Origin: Candidatus Latescibacterota bacterium
GTDB taxonomy: Bacteria > Latescibacterota > UBA2968
Direction of reading: 5' to 3'
Assembly: GCA_965116885.1 (NCBI GenBank)
Contig: OZ220741.1
Location: 4,608,001-4,672,000 of the forward strand
DNA length: 64,000 nt
In this document: in pieces, positions 10,141-21,195 of the stretch
How the letters are laid out: every line of letters begins with the position of its first letter
Numbering within the stretch: position 1 is the first letter of the stretch
The notes under the pieces: generated by a model
What the model was told of the DNA's origin: nothing
What the model saw: only the letters and a program-made list of their open reading frames with translations
Database searches by the model: none
Program-made: the position numbers and the translations under genes

Positions 10141-11424
10141 ATGAAAAATCTCGCAACAATGACCATCGCGCAAATTCGCGCCCACATCAAATCTATCAAT
10201 CGCCCTGGCGAAGCATACCTCCGCGCACTCGAGCAGGACCCTCGCGCTGGTGTTCGCGCAATCGCAGAACAGGTGAGAAAAAAGCAAAAAGCACAGGCAC
10301 GTGAAAAAGCGCGCCTCGAACAAATGCTCACCATAGAAAAAAAACTCAGAGAACGGGGCATCCAGCACATTGCAGGCGTAGATGAAGCCGGACGAGGTCC
10401 CCTCGCGGGTCCCGTTGTCGCCGCCGCGGTTATCCTCCCGCCAGATACACTCATCCCCGGCTTGAACGACTCCAAAGCACTATCGGAAAAACGCAGAGCA
10501 GAACTTTTTGAAACCATTCACAATACAGCCCTTGCCATTGGCGTAGGCAAAGCGTCTCCGCAAGAGATAGACAAATACAACATCCGCAACGCCACCCACC
10601 ATGCCATGTGCGAGGCACTCGCCGCCCTCAACATCTCGCCCGACCGCGTGCTCATCGACGGCAATGCCCTCCCGGGTAGTCCATTTCCCGAACAAGCGGT
10701 CATAGGCGGTGACCGGACCTCTCTTTCTATCGCCGCCGCGTCTGTCATCGCCAAAGTAACGCGCGATCGCCTGATGATCGATTACCACGCGCAATACCCC
10801 GCTTACGGCTTTGCCGGTCACAAGGGATACGGTAGCGCCGATCACCTCGCCGCCTTGCAAAAACACGGCCCCTGTCCTATCCACCGCCAATCTTTCCGGG
10901 GTGTCTTTGAAGCCAGGAGCTCTGAAGACTTTAAAATTTTTGCCGAAGGCATTCGCGCAGCGATGAACCTCGACCAACTTCAAGCCATAGGAAAAACCAT
11001 TGCCAGTGCCAGCAAACATATCCCCCAGGATGAGGTACAGGCCCTGCGCAGGCTATTTCGCAAACAACGCACCCGCTTGCAACAATCCGGTCCAAAAGGC
11101 GAACAATTGGCAGAAAAATTTATAAAACAAAAGGGATACGATATTCGCGCGCGCGGATTTCGCGCTCTGGGCGGTGAAATTGACCTCATTGCGGTGAAAA
11201 ACGACGTGCTGATCTTTGTCGAAGTCAAAACCGCGACCACTACACATTTTGGGCAACCAGAGACCCGGGTAACACCAGCCAAACAAGCGCAAATCATCAA
11301 AATCGCAAAAGCTTACCTGACACAACACCCCGATCACGCGGCACCGCGATTTGACGTCATTGCCGTTGACCTGACACAACCGCGCCCTACCATCCGCCAC
11401 TACGAAAACGCTTTTACGGCTTAG
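10141..11424 (+). CDS. rnhB: Ribonuclease HII fused to C-terminal YraN (UPF0102) domain
   Basis: GVDEAGRGPLAGPV, DSK, SIAAASVIAKVTRD, HKGYG; C-terminal GEIDLIA...FVEVK...RFDVIAV. Confidence 0.92.
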   Translation: MKNLATMTIAQIRAHIKSINRPGEAYLRALEQDPRAGVRAIAEQVRKKQKAQAREKARLEQMLTIEKKLRERGIQHIAGVDEAGRGPLAGPVVAAAVILPPDTLIPGLNDSKALSEKRRAELFETIHNTALAIGVGKASPQEIDKYNIRNATHHAMCEALAALNISPDRVLIDGNALPGSPFPEQAVIGGDRTSLSIAAASVIAKVTRDRLMIDYHAQYPAYGFAGHKGYGSADHLAALQKHGPCPIHRQSFRGVFEARSSEDFKIFAEGIRAAMNLDQLQAIGKTIASASKHIPQDEVQALRRLFRKQRTRLQQSGPKGEQLAEKFIKQKGYDIRARGFRALGGEIDLIAVKNDVLIFVEVKTATTTHFGQPETRVTPAKQAQIIKIAKAYLTQHPDHAAPRFDVIAVDLTQPRPTIRHYENAFTA

Positions 11425-11524
11425 ACCAATACCCAAATTTCCCCTCTTAAACCTTGACAATACCACCTCTTACCTTTATTTTTGCCTTCTCTTATAAAAA
11501 ATAATCCGCAATGGATATACACCC

Positions 11525-12817
11525 ATGCCCCAGTTAATTCCCAAGGTAAAAGGCACCCGAGATTTTTATCCCGAAGATTGGGCCTACCAGAAGTGGCTCT
11601 GCGAGAAATTTATCGGCGTTGGCAATCTCTTTGGATATAGAGAATACGAAAGCACAATACTCGAATACATGGCCCTTTACCTGGGCAAAAGCAGCGAAGA
11701 AATCGTCACACAGCAGACATTCACGCTATCTGATCGAGACGATAAACAACTCGTCCTGCGCCCAGAACTCACCCCCACACTCGCGCGCATGGTCGCCCAA
11801 AAAGAAGGCGAACTCACCTTCCCCATTCGCTGGCAATCATACGGTCGGTTTTTTCGCTATGAGCGCCCTCAACGCGGACGCGGGCGTTCCTTTTTTCAAT
11901 GGAATATCGACGCCCTCGGCAGCGATAGCTATCTGGCTGATGCCGAAATAATCACCATAGCTTGCACGCTATTCAAACATCTCGGTCTCAGTAACGAACA
12001 CGCCACTATTAGAGTCAACGACCGACAGGCCCTTGAAATTTTAATTGCCAAAAAACTGACCTTATCGCCCGAGGATATCAAACCTGTTTTTGGGGCTATT
12101 GACCGCATAGACAAAATGCCCGAGGAAAAATTCCGCACCTATCTGGCCAATGATCTGAATCTCAGTGCAGGTCAAATCGACACCCTCTACGAAATCCTCC
12201 ACACGACGGACCTGACATTTTCCCCCTGGCTTCAGCACATTTTTGAGCAACTCGATCAAAATGGTGTTATAGACCTCGTAGAACTCGACCTCAAAATCGT
12301 GCGAGGTTTTGACTATTACACGCGCACAGTATTTGAAGCATGGGCCAAAACCTCGCTGCGCCGCGCCCTCTTTGGAGGTGGTCGTTACGACAATCTCACA
12401 CGGCAAGTAGGCGGCAAGCACCAGGTACCCGGCGTGGGATTTGCAGTTGGCGATATGGCCATCACCGAATTACTCAAAGAAATAGACACTTATCCCCAAC
12501 TCGAAACGCCCGGTGCCCGCGTATTCGTTACGGTATTCTCCGAAGACCTGCTCACCCAATCGTCTTCTTTTGCCGAAAAACTGCGCCAGGAGGGTATCGC
12601 AACAGAACTTCACCTTATTCCGGGACAGCGTCTCGACAGACAATTCAAATATGCGGATCGCCAAAATATACCCTTTGCAGCGGTTATTGGACCAGACGAG
12701 GCGTCTGCAAATACCATCGTAATCAAAGACCTCAAAGCGCGCGCGCAACAAATTTTTTCACAAAACGACCTATACGCGATAAAAAAAACGCTTAAAAACG
12801 GAATTACCCAAGCGTAG
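11525..12817 (+). CDS. hisS: Histidine--tRNA ligase
   Basis: KGTRDF, LRPELT, FRYERPQRGR, VRGFDYYT, GGGRYD. Confidence 0.96.
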   Translation: MPQLIPKVKGTRDFYPEDWAYQKWLCEKFIGVGNLFGYREYESTILEYMALYLGKSSEEIVTQQTFTLSDRDDKQLVLRPELTPTLARMVAQKEGELTFPIRWQSYGRFFRYERPQRGRGRSFFQWNIDALGSDSYLADAEIITIACTLFKHLGLSNEHATIRVNDRQALEILIAKKLTLSPEDIKPVFGAIDRIDKMPEEKFRTYLANDLNLSAGQIDTLYEILHTTDLTFSPWLQHIFEQLDQNGVIDLVELDLKIVRGFDYYTRTVFEAWAKTSLRRALFGGGRYDNLTRQVGGKHQVPGVGFAVGDMAITELLKEIDTYPQLETPGARVFVTVFSEDLLTQSSSFAEKLRQEGIATELHLIPGQRLDRQFKYADRQNIPFAAVIGPDEASANTIVIKDLKARAQQIFSQNDLYAIKKTLKNGITQA

Positions 12818-12826
12818 GAGACAGCC

Positions 12827-14602
12827 ATGTCAGAGTCGCTCGGCGACTGGAAACGCACGCACAACTGCGGCGAATTGCGCATCGAAAATGTAGGCGAAGA
12901 AGTCTGCCTGATGGGGTGGGTTGGCAAAAGACGCGACCACGGAGGCGTCATATTTGTCGATTTGCGCGACCGTCACGGCATCACCCAGGTGGTCTTTCGT
13001 CCCGATCTCGAATCAGAGACACACGCCATTGCCGAAAAAATTCGCAACGAATTTGTCCTGGCAATTAAAGGCAGAGTTGAACCCCGCCCAGAAGGCATGA
13101 CAAATCCCAAATTGCCCACTGGCGCCATTGACATCGAATGTTCAGACCTGCGCTTGCTCAGCGAAGCGGACACACCACCATTTGCCATAGAACCCGAAAT
13201 CGATGTCAACGAAGAACTGCGTCTGCGCTATCGCTATCTCGACCTGCGCCGTCCCGATATGCAACAAGCCGTGTTCCTGAGACATAATGCTGCACAGGAG
13301 ACGCGCAAATATCTGATTGGTCAAAGCTTTCTCGAAATCGAAACCCCCTTCCTCATGAAAAGCACGCCCGAAGGCGCAAGAGATTATCTCGTTCCTTCTC
13401 GCGTTCAAAGAGGGAGCTTCTATGCCCTGCCCCAGTCGCCTCAAACCTACAAACAGTTGCTCATGATCGCCGGTTATGATCGCTACTTTCAAATCGTACG
13501 CTGCTTCCGCGATGAAGACCTGCGGGGCGACCGCCAGCCCGAGTTTACCCAAATAGACATTGAAATGGCATTTGTCACAGAAACCGATGTCATGCAACTC
13601 GCAGAAGGGCTTACGCGGCACCTGTTTGAGCATGTCATAGGCTTTGATATCCCCACTACCATACCACAAATGACCTACCGAGAGGCGATTGATCGCTTTG
13701 GCACCGATCGCCCGGATACGCGCTTTGGCCTCGAAATTGTCGATATTGCAAAAGCTGCCCTTGCTTCGGAATTCCGGGTCTTTAGATCTGTAATTGATTC
13801 CGGTGGGCAAGTTCGCGCCATTAATGCTAAAGGATGCGCAAACTACTCGCGCAAACAAATCGATGACCTCACGGCTTTTGTTGCAAATCACGGTGCTAAG
13901 GGACTCGCCTGGATAAAAGTGACCGACCAGGGTCTCGAATCATCAATCGTCAAGTTCTTCCCGGATCAAGCCCAACAAATGCTAAGGGAATCACTCGACG
14001 CCCAGGCAGGAGACCTGCTTTTATTTGTCGCTGACCAACCCGCAGTCGTCGCAAACGCACTGGGCAATCTGCGCTTAGAACTCGCGCGACAACAAGACCT
14101 CATGGAGACTGGTGACTTTAGTTTTTTATGGGTGACGCAGTTCCCTCTCCTCGAATTTGATGACGTTGAAAAACGCTACGTCGCCTGTCACCACCCCTTC
14201 ACGTCCCCCCTGGAAGCAGACCTCGGTGAACTTGAAACAGCCCCGGGTGATGTTCGCGCCAGAGCTTATGATCTCGTTCTCAATGGCAACGAAATCGCTG
14301 GCGGAAGTATTCGTATCCACCACAGAGAAACTCAGGAGCGCGTGTTTCGCATGTTGGGGATATCCGAAAGTGAATCACGGGAAAAATTTGGCTTCTTACT
14401 CGACGCCTTTCGATACGGCGCGCCTCCTCATGGCGGTATTGCGTTTGGATACGATCGCCTGGTCGCCCTCATGGCTGGCAAAGCGTTTATCCGCGATGTC
14501 ATTCCATTTCCAAAAACCAATACAGCAGCATCGCTCATGGATGGTGCACCATCTATAGTAGATCCCGCCCAACTCCGCGAACTCGGTTTGCGATTATTGT
14601 AA
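12827..14602 (+). CDS. aspS: Aspartate--tRNA ligase
   Basis: RTHNCGEL, RDHGG, STPEGARDYLVP, LPQSPQ, FRDED, GAPPHGG. Confidence 0.97.
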   Translation: MSESLGDWKRTHNCGELRIENVGEEVCLMGWVGKRRDHGGVIFVDLRDRHGITQVVFRPDLESETHAIAEKIRNEFVLAIKGRVEPRPEGMTNPKLPTGAIDIECSDLRLLSEADTPPFAIEPEIDVNEELRLRYRYLDLRRPDMQQAVFLRHNAAQETRKYLIGQSFLEIETPFLMKSTPEGARDYLVPSRVQRGSFYALPQSPQTYKQLLMIAGYDRYFQIVRCFRDEDLRGDRQPEFTQIDIEMAFVTETDVMQLAEGLTRHLFEHVIGFDIPTTIPQMTYREAIDRFGTDRPDTRFGLEIVDIAKAALASEFRVFRSVIDSGGQVRAINAKGCANYSRKQIDDLTAFVANHGAKGLAWIKVTDQGLESSIVKFFPDQAQQMLRESLDAQAGDLLLFVADQPAVVANALGNLRLELARQQDLMETGDFSFLWVTQFPLLEFDDVEKRYVACHHPFTSPLEADLGELETAPGDVRARAYDLVLNGNEIAGGSIRIHHRETQERVFRMLGISESESREKFGFLLDAFRYGAPPHGGIAFGYDRLVALMAGKAFIRDVIPFPKTNTAASLMDGAPSIVDPAQLRELGLRLL

Positions 14603-14759
14603 TCACATGGGGCCCATAACACATTCAAAACTTTTTCTTGACTTTCTGTATTTTATGTAGTACTTTGTCTAAAAGTTGTATTACCGGATTTTTTGTTTTT
14701 ATTTTAAGTCTTGATAATTTAAATACTTACGCTAATATCCCTGAGGAGGCAGTTGGGTT

Positions 14760-15005
14760 ATGAAAAGACTGAAAAAAGCGGCAGGTTGTGGTCTATTACT
14801 CGTTCTGTTATCTGGATGTTGCACGCCAATGGCCTCAAGATCGCAACTCCAAATGCTTGAAGAAGCGCGTAAAGCCGCAGAATCGGCCGAAGCCGACCTC
14901 GCAGCCTGTAAGCAACACCGAGCCGAGTTGGAGCGCCAATTGGCACAGAAAAAACAGGTTCTGGCCGAGTGGCAAAATATCTTAAGTCAGTGCAACAGGT
15001 CTTGA
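14760..15005 (+). CDS. Small coiled-coil lipoprotein
   Basis: Lipobox LSGC; GAGGAGG RBS. Confidence 0.7.
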   Translation: MKRLKKAAGCGLLLVLLSGCCTPMASRSQLQMLEEARKAAESAEADLAACKQHRAELERQLAQKKQVLAEWQNILSQCNRS

Positions 15006-15043
15006 GCCAGTAATTTTTTGGTGTGTGGAAAGGAGTTGGTCGG

Positions 15044-15886
15044 ATGACAGGTTTGAAGCTTTTCGGGTTCTTTCTCGTTTGTTGCGCAGTCACCCTTTTG
15101 GTTTTCCCTCAAAAGGGAATTGCCCAAATGGAAATGACCTATGATGAATACAGGATGAAACTTACAGAACAGGAGCAACGGCTTGCAGAACTCAAAAAGT
15201 CTTTGCTTGAATGCCAAACAGCATCTAATGACCTTTCGAACCAGATTTCGAGCCTGGATACCCAGATTGGTGAAATCAAACAGCAAGTCTATAGTCTTGT
15301 TGAGTCCAATGAAGCAGGGGTCAATGAATATATACAAGAACTCGGCCGCATTGAAGGCCGCCTCATGGGCTTGCGCAGCCTGGCAGATGATGCGCTTTTT
15401 GAAGTTCGAGATGAAATTGATCAAATAGAAGCCCGCGTATCAGAGCTTAAAGCAGACAAAAGAGCCTGTTTGCCAGCCGCACAGGCAAAACTGGCGAGTA
15501 TTGATCAATTACTCGAGCAAGTCAAAGCGCGTATGCCTCGCAAGCGCATTCGACAATATTCGGTTGTCAGAGGCGATAATCTCTGGAGAATCGCCAAAAA
15601 AGACGATATTTACGGCGATCCTTATCTCTGGCCCCGTATCTATGTTGAAAACCGGGATAAAATTAAACATCCCGATATAATTTATCCCAAGTGGGTTCTC
15701 AATATTCCCTTTGGCGTCGATATCAATCAACATCTCGTAATGAGTGGCGAAAATCTCTCGTCCATTGCTGGCAAGGTGTACAATGATGTCACAAAATGGA
15801 ATCGGATCTACCAGGCCAACAAAACACAGATCTTTGACCCGAGTATGATTTTCCCTGCTCAAGTGTTCGATATTCCGGCAAACTGA
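15044..15886 (+). CDS. Secreted coiled-coil protein with two LysM domains
   Basis: YSVVRGDNLWRIA and HLVMSGENLSSIA LysM motifs; signal peptide. Confidence 0.85.
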   Translation: MTGLKLFGFFLVCCAVTLLVFPQKGIAQMEMTYDEYRMKLTEQEQRLAELKKSLLECQTASNDLSNQISSLDTQIGEIKQQVYSLVESNEAGVNEYIQELGRIEGRLMGLRSLADDALFEVRDEIDQIEARVSELKADKRACLPAAQAKLASIDQLLEQVKARMPRKRIRQYSVVRGDNLWRIAKKDDIYGDPYLWPRIYVENRDKIKHPDIIYPKWVLNIPFGVDINQHLVMSGENLSSIAGKVYNDVTKWNRIYQANKTQIFDPSMIFPAQVFDIPAN

Positions 15887-16027
15887 CCTCAACCCTTTCG
15901 ATCCCAGAATTTGGATCTTTCATAAATCCAATGGAAGGTTCATCTATAAACCTCTAACTCTAAAATAGAACTCTCATTCCCGTAGTCTGTTTGGGAATGA
16001 GAGTTTTCTTTTTTAAATACTCAAATC

Positions 16028-17011
16028 GTGGAAAATAGAGAACTCTCCCATAGACTATCGTTGCGCGGTGTTGACCTCCTGTCGTTATACGGTCACAACG
16101 ATGCAAATTTGCTCGCCCTTGAAGACCGCTATGGCGTGCGTTTAACCGCCCGCGGTGATCAGCTAAATGTCCAGGGACCACAACACAAAGTTCAACACGT
16201 CTCTGGTCTATTAGAAGAAATGATTTCGTGCCTTCGGCGCGGCGATCAGTTTGACCCTCTGCACCTGCTTGCGCCACCGCCGGAAAATTGTGAATCTGAA
16301 ATTGGCGAATACGCAAAGCCCATTCTTTCAACACCCAAAATTCTCATTCGCCCTCGCTCCCGGACCCAGGTTACTTACTCGGCAGCTATAGAAAACCACG
16401 ACATTGTTTTTGGCATTGGGCCTGCGGGCACGGGAAAGACTTATCTGGCAGTCGCAGCGGCTGTTGCTGCACTAAAAAGCAAACACATATCCAGAATTAT
16501 TCTGACGCGGCCAGCCGTAGAAGCTGGCGAAACTCTGGGATTTCTTCCGGGAGATATACAGGATAAAGTCGATCCCTATTTGCGCCCTCTCTACGATGCA
16601 CTGCGCGACATGTTACCCGATACACAATTGCAACACCTTATGGAAATGCGCACCCTTGAAATTGCACCGCTTGCATTTATGAGAGGACGCACCCTGAATA
16701 ACGCTTTTGTCATTCTCGACGAAGCTCAGAATACCACCGTCAACCAGATGAAGATGTTTCTTACCCGCCTGGGCAACAATGCCAAGGCTGTGATTACAGG
16801 TGATATAACACAAATAGACCTGCCACCGGGTATTCAATCTGGACTTATACACGTCCAACACATCTTGTCGCATATAGAAGCCATAAAATTTATCAGTTTT
16901 TCGGAAAAAGATGTCGTAAGACACGCATTGGTCCAGCAAATCATAACAGCCTATGAGCAAAGCGAACATGCCCGTGAACCAGACGCAGAAGAGGCTCTGC
17001 CAAGACCATGA
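16028..17011 (+). CDS. phoH: PhoH-like ATPase
   Basis: GPAGTGKT, RPAVEAGE, GFLPG, RGRTL, DEAQN. Confidence 0.93.
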   Translation: MENRELSHRLSLRGVDLLSLYGHNDANLLALEDRYGVRLTARGDQLNVQGPQHKVQHVSGLLEEMISCLRRGDQFDPLHLLAPPPENCESEIGEYAKPILSTPKILIRPRSRTQVTYSAAIENHDIVFGIGPAGTGKTYLAVAAAVAALKSKHISRIILTRPAVEAGETLGFLPGDIQDKVDPYLRPLYDALRDMLPDTQLQHLMEMRTLEIAPLAFMRGRTLNNAFVILDEAQNTTVNQMKMFLTRLGNNAKAVITGDITQIDLPPGIQSGLIHVQHILSHIEAIKFISFSEKDVVRHALVQQIITAYEQSEHAREPDAEEALPRP

Positions 17012-19263
17012 TGTTCTTTAGAAAACGTCTGCGCGAACGCACGCGCAGGACAAAACAACAGTGGAAACAGCGGGGAAAGCAAGCCTTTCGCATTGCATTG
17101 ATGCTCGCCCTCTTAGGCGCACTAACCGTCTTATTTCCCACGCAACAGCAGTACGAGTACAGTGCCTTCCGCGAAGGCGCGATTGCGCCAGATGAAGTCA
17201 TTGCATCCGAATCATTCCCCGTGTACAAAAGCGAAGAAGCGTACCAGGATGAAGTCGCAGAAGCTCGCCTCCAGATTTTGCCGGTTTTGCGCTATGATAG
17301 CACAGTGCAGCAAAGCAAACTGAACGCATATAAAACATTTCTAAACGACATAAAAAAGCACACAGGCTCCGGGGTAAGCGAATCGCTCTCACAAGAGCTA
17401 CGGCTTTCACACCCGGAAATTAGCCCCTTGTCGGAATCCACCCTGAAACATCTCATACCCGTATCTCGAAGGCGATCAGCCAGCCGCAGTACATTGACCA
17501 CCGCAGTTGAGAAAATTCTTCAAAGCACCTACCAGAACGGGATTATTGACCGGGAAATAAATACCGTCGAAGAGGGGTACGCAGAGGTTATACTGCTCAA
17601 TAATGGCTCAGAACGCCAAATTAGCCTTGAAGAACTGGCCGATATAGAAAATTTTACCTCGGAACTCCAACAAACCATAGAACAACAATTGCCAAAGGCA
17701 AGTGCTATGGAAATGAGAGCGGGCAGTGAACTGATCCTGGCCTATCTATCCTCCAACATTGCCTATGATGCTACCGAAACGCAGAGGCGAAGAGATGAGG
17801 CAGCCAGCAATGTCTCACGTACCAAACCAGGGACAGTCCTCAAAGGCGAGCGCATTATTGACAAACACGACCGCGTAACATCTGACGACATAGACAAACT
17901 CAGGTCACTGGCCGAACATATCAACCAGCGCCGCCAGCAAGACCCATTCATTGACCTCATTCAACGAGGTGCTGGGCTATCACTTTGCGCGTTGACACTC
18001 ATAATATTTTTTGCTTTTCTAAAATTTTATCGTCCCGACCTTTATCGTCCGTCCAAAAACATCGTACTGTTTGGTATCATTATTTTAATCCCTACTGCTG
18101 TGGCTGATTACGCCGCCCAAAGTCAGGCCATATCGCCGTTTCTCATCCCCGTCGCACTATCTGCAATGCTGGCGACCGTGCTCTTTGATGCCGTCATCGG
18201 CATGGTGATCACCCTTGTCGTTACAACGCTTTGTGCCAGCATACTCGGCGAACTCCAATACGGGATCATTTTTCTCACCACAGGCATTATTGGCGCATTT
18301 TCGGTACATCAGGTGCGCCATCGCAGAGATTTTTACCGTCCAGGTCTGTATCTGATTGCCGCTTATGCTCTGACAATCACCTCCACGGTTGGACTACTTT
18401 TTTCTTATACCAACACCACCGAGTTTCTCACGGAAATACGCGAAGATTTATTCTGGGGCATCTTGTCTGCCTGTGGTTCCTTAATCCTCACCATTGGATT
18501 ACTGCCCGTATTCGAAAGTGTTTTCAATGTCGTAACATCAATGACATTGCTCGAATTGGCGGACTTAAATCGCCCGCTGTTGCGCAATTTGGCCATTCGC
18601 GCTCCTGGCACCTTTAGTCACAGCATAAATATGGCCAATATCTCGGAAGAAGCCGCGGTCGCAATAGGTGCAGACCCCTTGCTCGCGCGCGTTGGGTGCT
18701 ATTACCACGATATTGGGAAGATGAGACGCCCACACTATTTTATAGAAAATCAGCATGGCGTGAATCCTCACGATGAGTTGCAACCTCAAATAAGTGCCCT
18801 GATTCTCATCTCTCATGTCAGGGACGGGATCGAATTGGCAAAAGAAGAAGGCCTTCCTCCGGCAATCATTGATCTCATCCCACAGCACCATGGGACTTCA
18901 GAAATGACTTCATTTAAACATCAAGCACAACTCATAGACGAACAGGCGGTCCGCGATGCCGACTTCCACTATCCCGGTCCCAAACCTCAGACTAAAGAAG
19001 CGGGCATTATTAACCTCGCAGACGCTGTTGAATCTGCGACGCGGTCTCTGCCCAACAATGATCCAGACGAAATTAGAGAACTCGTCCATACAATAGTCAA
19101 AGGCCGTTACGATGCTGGAGAATTGGATGAATGCGATCTTACATTGCGCGACCTGACCAGAATTCAGGAAGCCTTTTTACCCGTCTTGCAGGCTTCGCAC
19201 CATCACCGAGTCCCCTATCCCTGGCAAGTACAACAACAAGAGCGCCAAATCGCGAGCGGATGA
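17008..19263 (+). CDS. 7TM-HD phosphohydrolase (PgpH-like)
   Basis: Extracellular domain, multiple TM helices, APGTFSHS...YYHDIGK...HHGT...LADAVE. Confidence 0.9.
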   Translation: MMFFRKRLRERTRRTKQQWKQRGKQAFRIALMLALLGALTVLFPTQQQYEYSAFREGAIAPDEVIASESFPVYKSEEAYQDEVAEARLQILPVLRYDSTVQQSKLNAYKTFLNDIKKHTGSGVSESLSQELRLSHPEISPLSESTLKHLIPVSRRRSASRSTLTTAVEKILQSTYQNGIIDREINTVEEGYAEVILLNNGSERQISLEELADIENFTSELQQTIEQQLPKASAMEMRAGSELILAYLSSNIAYDATETQRRRDEAASNVSRTKPGTVLKGERIIDKHDRVTSDDIDKLRSLAEHINQRRQQDPFIDLIQRGAGLSLCALTLIIFFAFLKFYRPDLYRPSKNIVLFGIIILIPTAVADYAAQSQAISPFLIPVALSAMLATVLFDAVIGMVITLVVTTLCASILGELQYGIIFLTTGIIGAFSVHQVRHRRDFYRPGLYLIAAYALTITSTVGLLFSYTNTTEFLTEIREDLFWGILSACGSLILTIGLLPVFESVFNVVTSMTLLELADLNRPLLRNLAIRAPGTFSHSINMANISEEAAVAIGADPLLARVGCYYHDIGKMRRPHYFIENQHGVNPHDELQPQISALILISHVRDGIELAKEEGLPPAIIDLIPQHHGTSEMTSFKHQAQLIDEQAVRDADFHYPGPKPQTKEAGIINLADAVESATRSLPNNDPDEIRELVHTIVKGRYDAGELDECDLTLRDLTRIQEAFLPVLQASHHHRVPYPWQVQQQERQIASG

Positions 19264-19685
19264 ATACACTGGAAATTACAGCTCTGGTCGATGTCTGCGA
19301 TCTGAATATCCCTCAATTAGAAGCTGTCGTGAAACAACTTCTTTTAGACAACGAGGTGCATCTTCCCATTTCGTGCGTTCTAACCCATGACGCCCATATC
19401 CGACAACTCAACAAAGAATATCGGAACATAGACAAAACGACCGACGTTCTTTCATTTGAGCTTTCCGATGCGATCCATCCAGAAGCGCATTATTGTGGAG
19501 AGATATACATTTCAGTAGATCGCGCACGACAGCAAGCAAAAACGCATAACCGATCTCTACAGACAGAAATAACTCATCTGACAGTACATGGGACCCTGCA
19601 TTTGCTGGGATTTGAACACGATACCCCCGAGGGGTACACGCAAATGCAAAACGAAGAAAAAAAATACCTGACCTTGATGGGATAA
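19260..19685 (+). CDS. ybeY: rRNA maturation endoribonuclease YbeY
   Basis: LNKEYR..DKTTDVLSF, HGTLHLLGFEH; ATGA overlap with upstream gene. Confidence 0.93.
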   Translation: MNTLEITALVDVCDLNIPQLEAVVKQLLLDNEVHLPISCVLTHDAHIRQLNKEYRNIDKTTDVLSFELSDAIHPEAHYCGEIYISVDRARQQAKTHNRSLQTEITHLTVHGTLHLLGFEHDTPEGYTQMQNEEKKYLTLMG

Positions 19686-19720
19686 CCCTTGCTACAAACA
19701 ATCATTCCCGCGAAAGGAGC

Positions 19721-21037
19721 GTGATTTTTTTGGACGATCCTTGGCCAGCAATCATTATAACCATCGCTTCTATTCTTCTGACAGCCGCTTTCTCCAGGCT
19801 CGGATCTATTGTTGTTTCACGCACAGCCCTCGAACGCCTGCACGAAGAAAAAATAGGACGTGCAGGGCTCTACCTCTGGCTCTATCGCTCCCGCGATTTT
19901 GTGTCACAAATGGTTTTGCTCGGTCAGACAATCGCCATATCTATAGGCGCTCTGGCACTGTTTTCCATTCTTTTTCAGACGTTAAAACCGGGTTTCTGGC
20001 TGTATCCCAGTGCAGTATTGCTCATCGCACTTTATGTATTTATTGCCCTGGTCATTCGCAGCATCGTTCCCCCCTACCGAAGGGAAGAGGGATCAGACCG
20101 TCCGCTACCCTTTTTGCCATTATGTTTTTTGCCCTTTTACTTTATTCTTGTCCTTCCCACACTCTTGTTGCTAAAAGCGCAAACTGTTTTCTTGAGCGAA
20201 GACGATAGCCGAGCACTAAAAGAAGAAGAATTGCGGAATATCGTCGAGTCGGAAACAGAAGAAGGCACCATCGAAGCAGAAGAAAGGGAAATGATTGAGG
20301 GCATCTTTGAATTCGATGAAACAACGGTCAAAGAGGTGATGATCCCGCGCATAGATATAATTTCTGCCGAGGTAACGGCCACGCCCAAAGAGCTTCTCGA
20401 ACTGATCCAACAATCCTGGCACTCGCGAATTCCCATCTATGAAGAGCGAATCGACAACATCAAAGGCGTCGTCTATGTCAAAGATATTTTGCTCAATCTG
20501 GCGACCAATCAGCCGTGGTCTATCCCAGAGATCATGCGTACGCCATACTTTGTGCCAGAAAATAAGACTCTCGCTGAACTAATGGCCGAATTTAAGCGCG
20601 AAAAAGTACACATGGCAATTGTCGTCGGGGAATATGGCGGAACGTCTGGCCTCATTACAATGGAAGATATTATCGAAGAAATTGTCGGTGAGATTCAAGA
20701 TGAATACGACGATGAAGAACCGCTTTTTGAATGGCGCGAAGAGGGCAAAATACTCGTAGCAGATGCGCGCATTGACATCGAAGACCTCAATATCGTGCTC
20801 AACGTCGAACTGCCACAAAACGGTTACGAAACGCTCGGAGGATTTATATACAACGTGCTTGGACACGTACCTCAGATAGATGAAAATTTAGAACACGAAA
20901 ATCTATTTATTGAAATCCTTCAGGTCGTAGGACAACGCATTACACGAGTAAAAATCACCAAACGCGGAGAGCCTTCACAGGACGAGCCAAAACGCGATGA
21001 AGAAATACAAATACAAAACGACAAACCGCAGAAATAG
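19721..21037 (+). CDS. CorC/HlyC family CBS-domain membrane protein
   Basis: N-terminal TM helices, VKEVMIPR, HSRIPIY, EYGGTSGLITMEDIIEEIVGEIQDEYD, C-terminal CorC domain. Confidence 0.9.
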   Translation: MIFLDDPWPAIIITIASILLTAAFSRLGSIVVSRTALERLHEEKIGRAGLYLWLYRSRDFVSQMVLLGQTIAISIGALALFSILFQTLKPGFWLYPSAVLLIALYVFIALVIRSIVPPYRREEGSDRPLPFLPLCFLPFYFILVLPTLLLLKAQTVFLSEDDSRALKEEELRNIVESETEEGTIEAEEREMIEGIFEFDETTVKEVMIPRIDIISAEVTATPKELLELIQQSWHSRIPIYEERIDNIKGVVYVKDILLNLATNQPWSIPEIMRTPYFVPENKTLAELMAEFKREKVHMAIVVGEYGGTSGLITMEDIIEEIVGEIQDEYDDEEPLFEWREEGKILVADARIDIEDLNIVLNVELPQNGYETLGGFIYNVLGHVPQIDENLEHENLFIEILQVVGQRITRVKITKRGEPSQDEPKRDEEIQIQNDKPQK

Positions 21038-21092
21038 CTTGACAATAACCCCAAAATCCCGTTCTTTTTTAGTGCTTATCTGGACATAAGGT

Positions 21093-21144
<52 letters not shown>

Positions 21145-21169
<25 letters not shown>

Positions 21170-21195
21170 ATTGCACCGTCTCGCTGAACTTCTGA
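21145..21195. other. Left attachment site (tRNA arm + GCTACCAA core + element arm TGCACCGTCTCGCTGAACTTCTG)
   Basis: Element arm is an imperfect inverted repeat of 62776-62799. Confidence 0.8.

Noticed and set aside
185..20866. Many overlapping alternative-frame ORFs in the housekeeping region
   Set aside because: Shadows of well-supported genes with no motifs of their own
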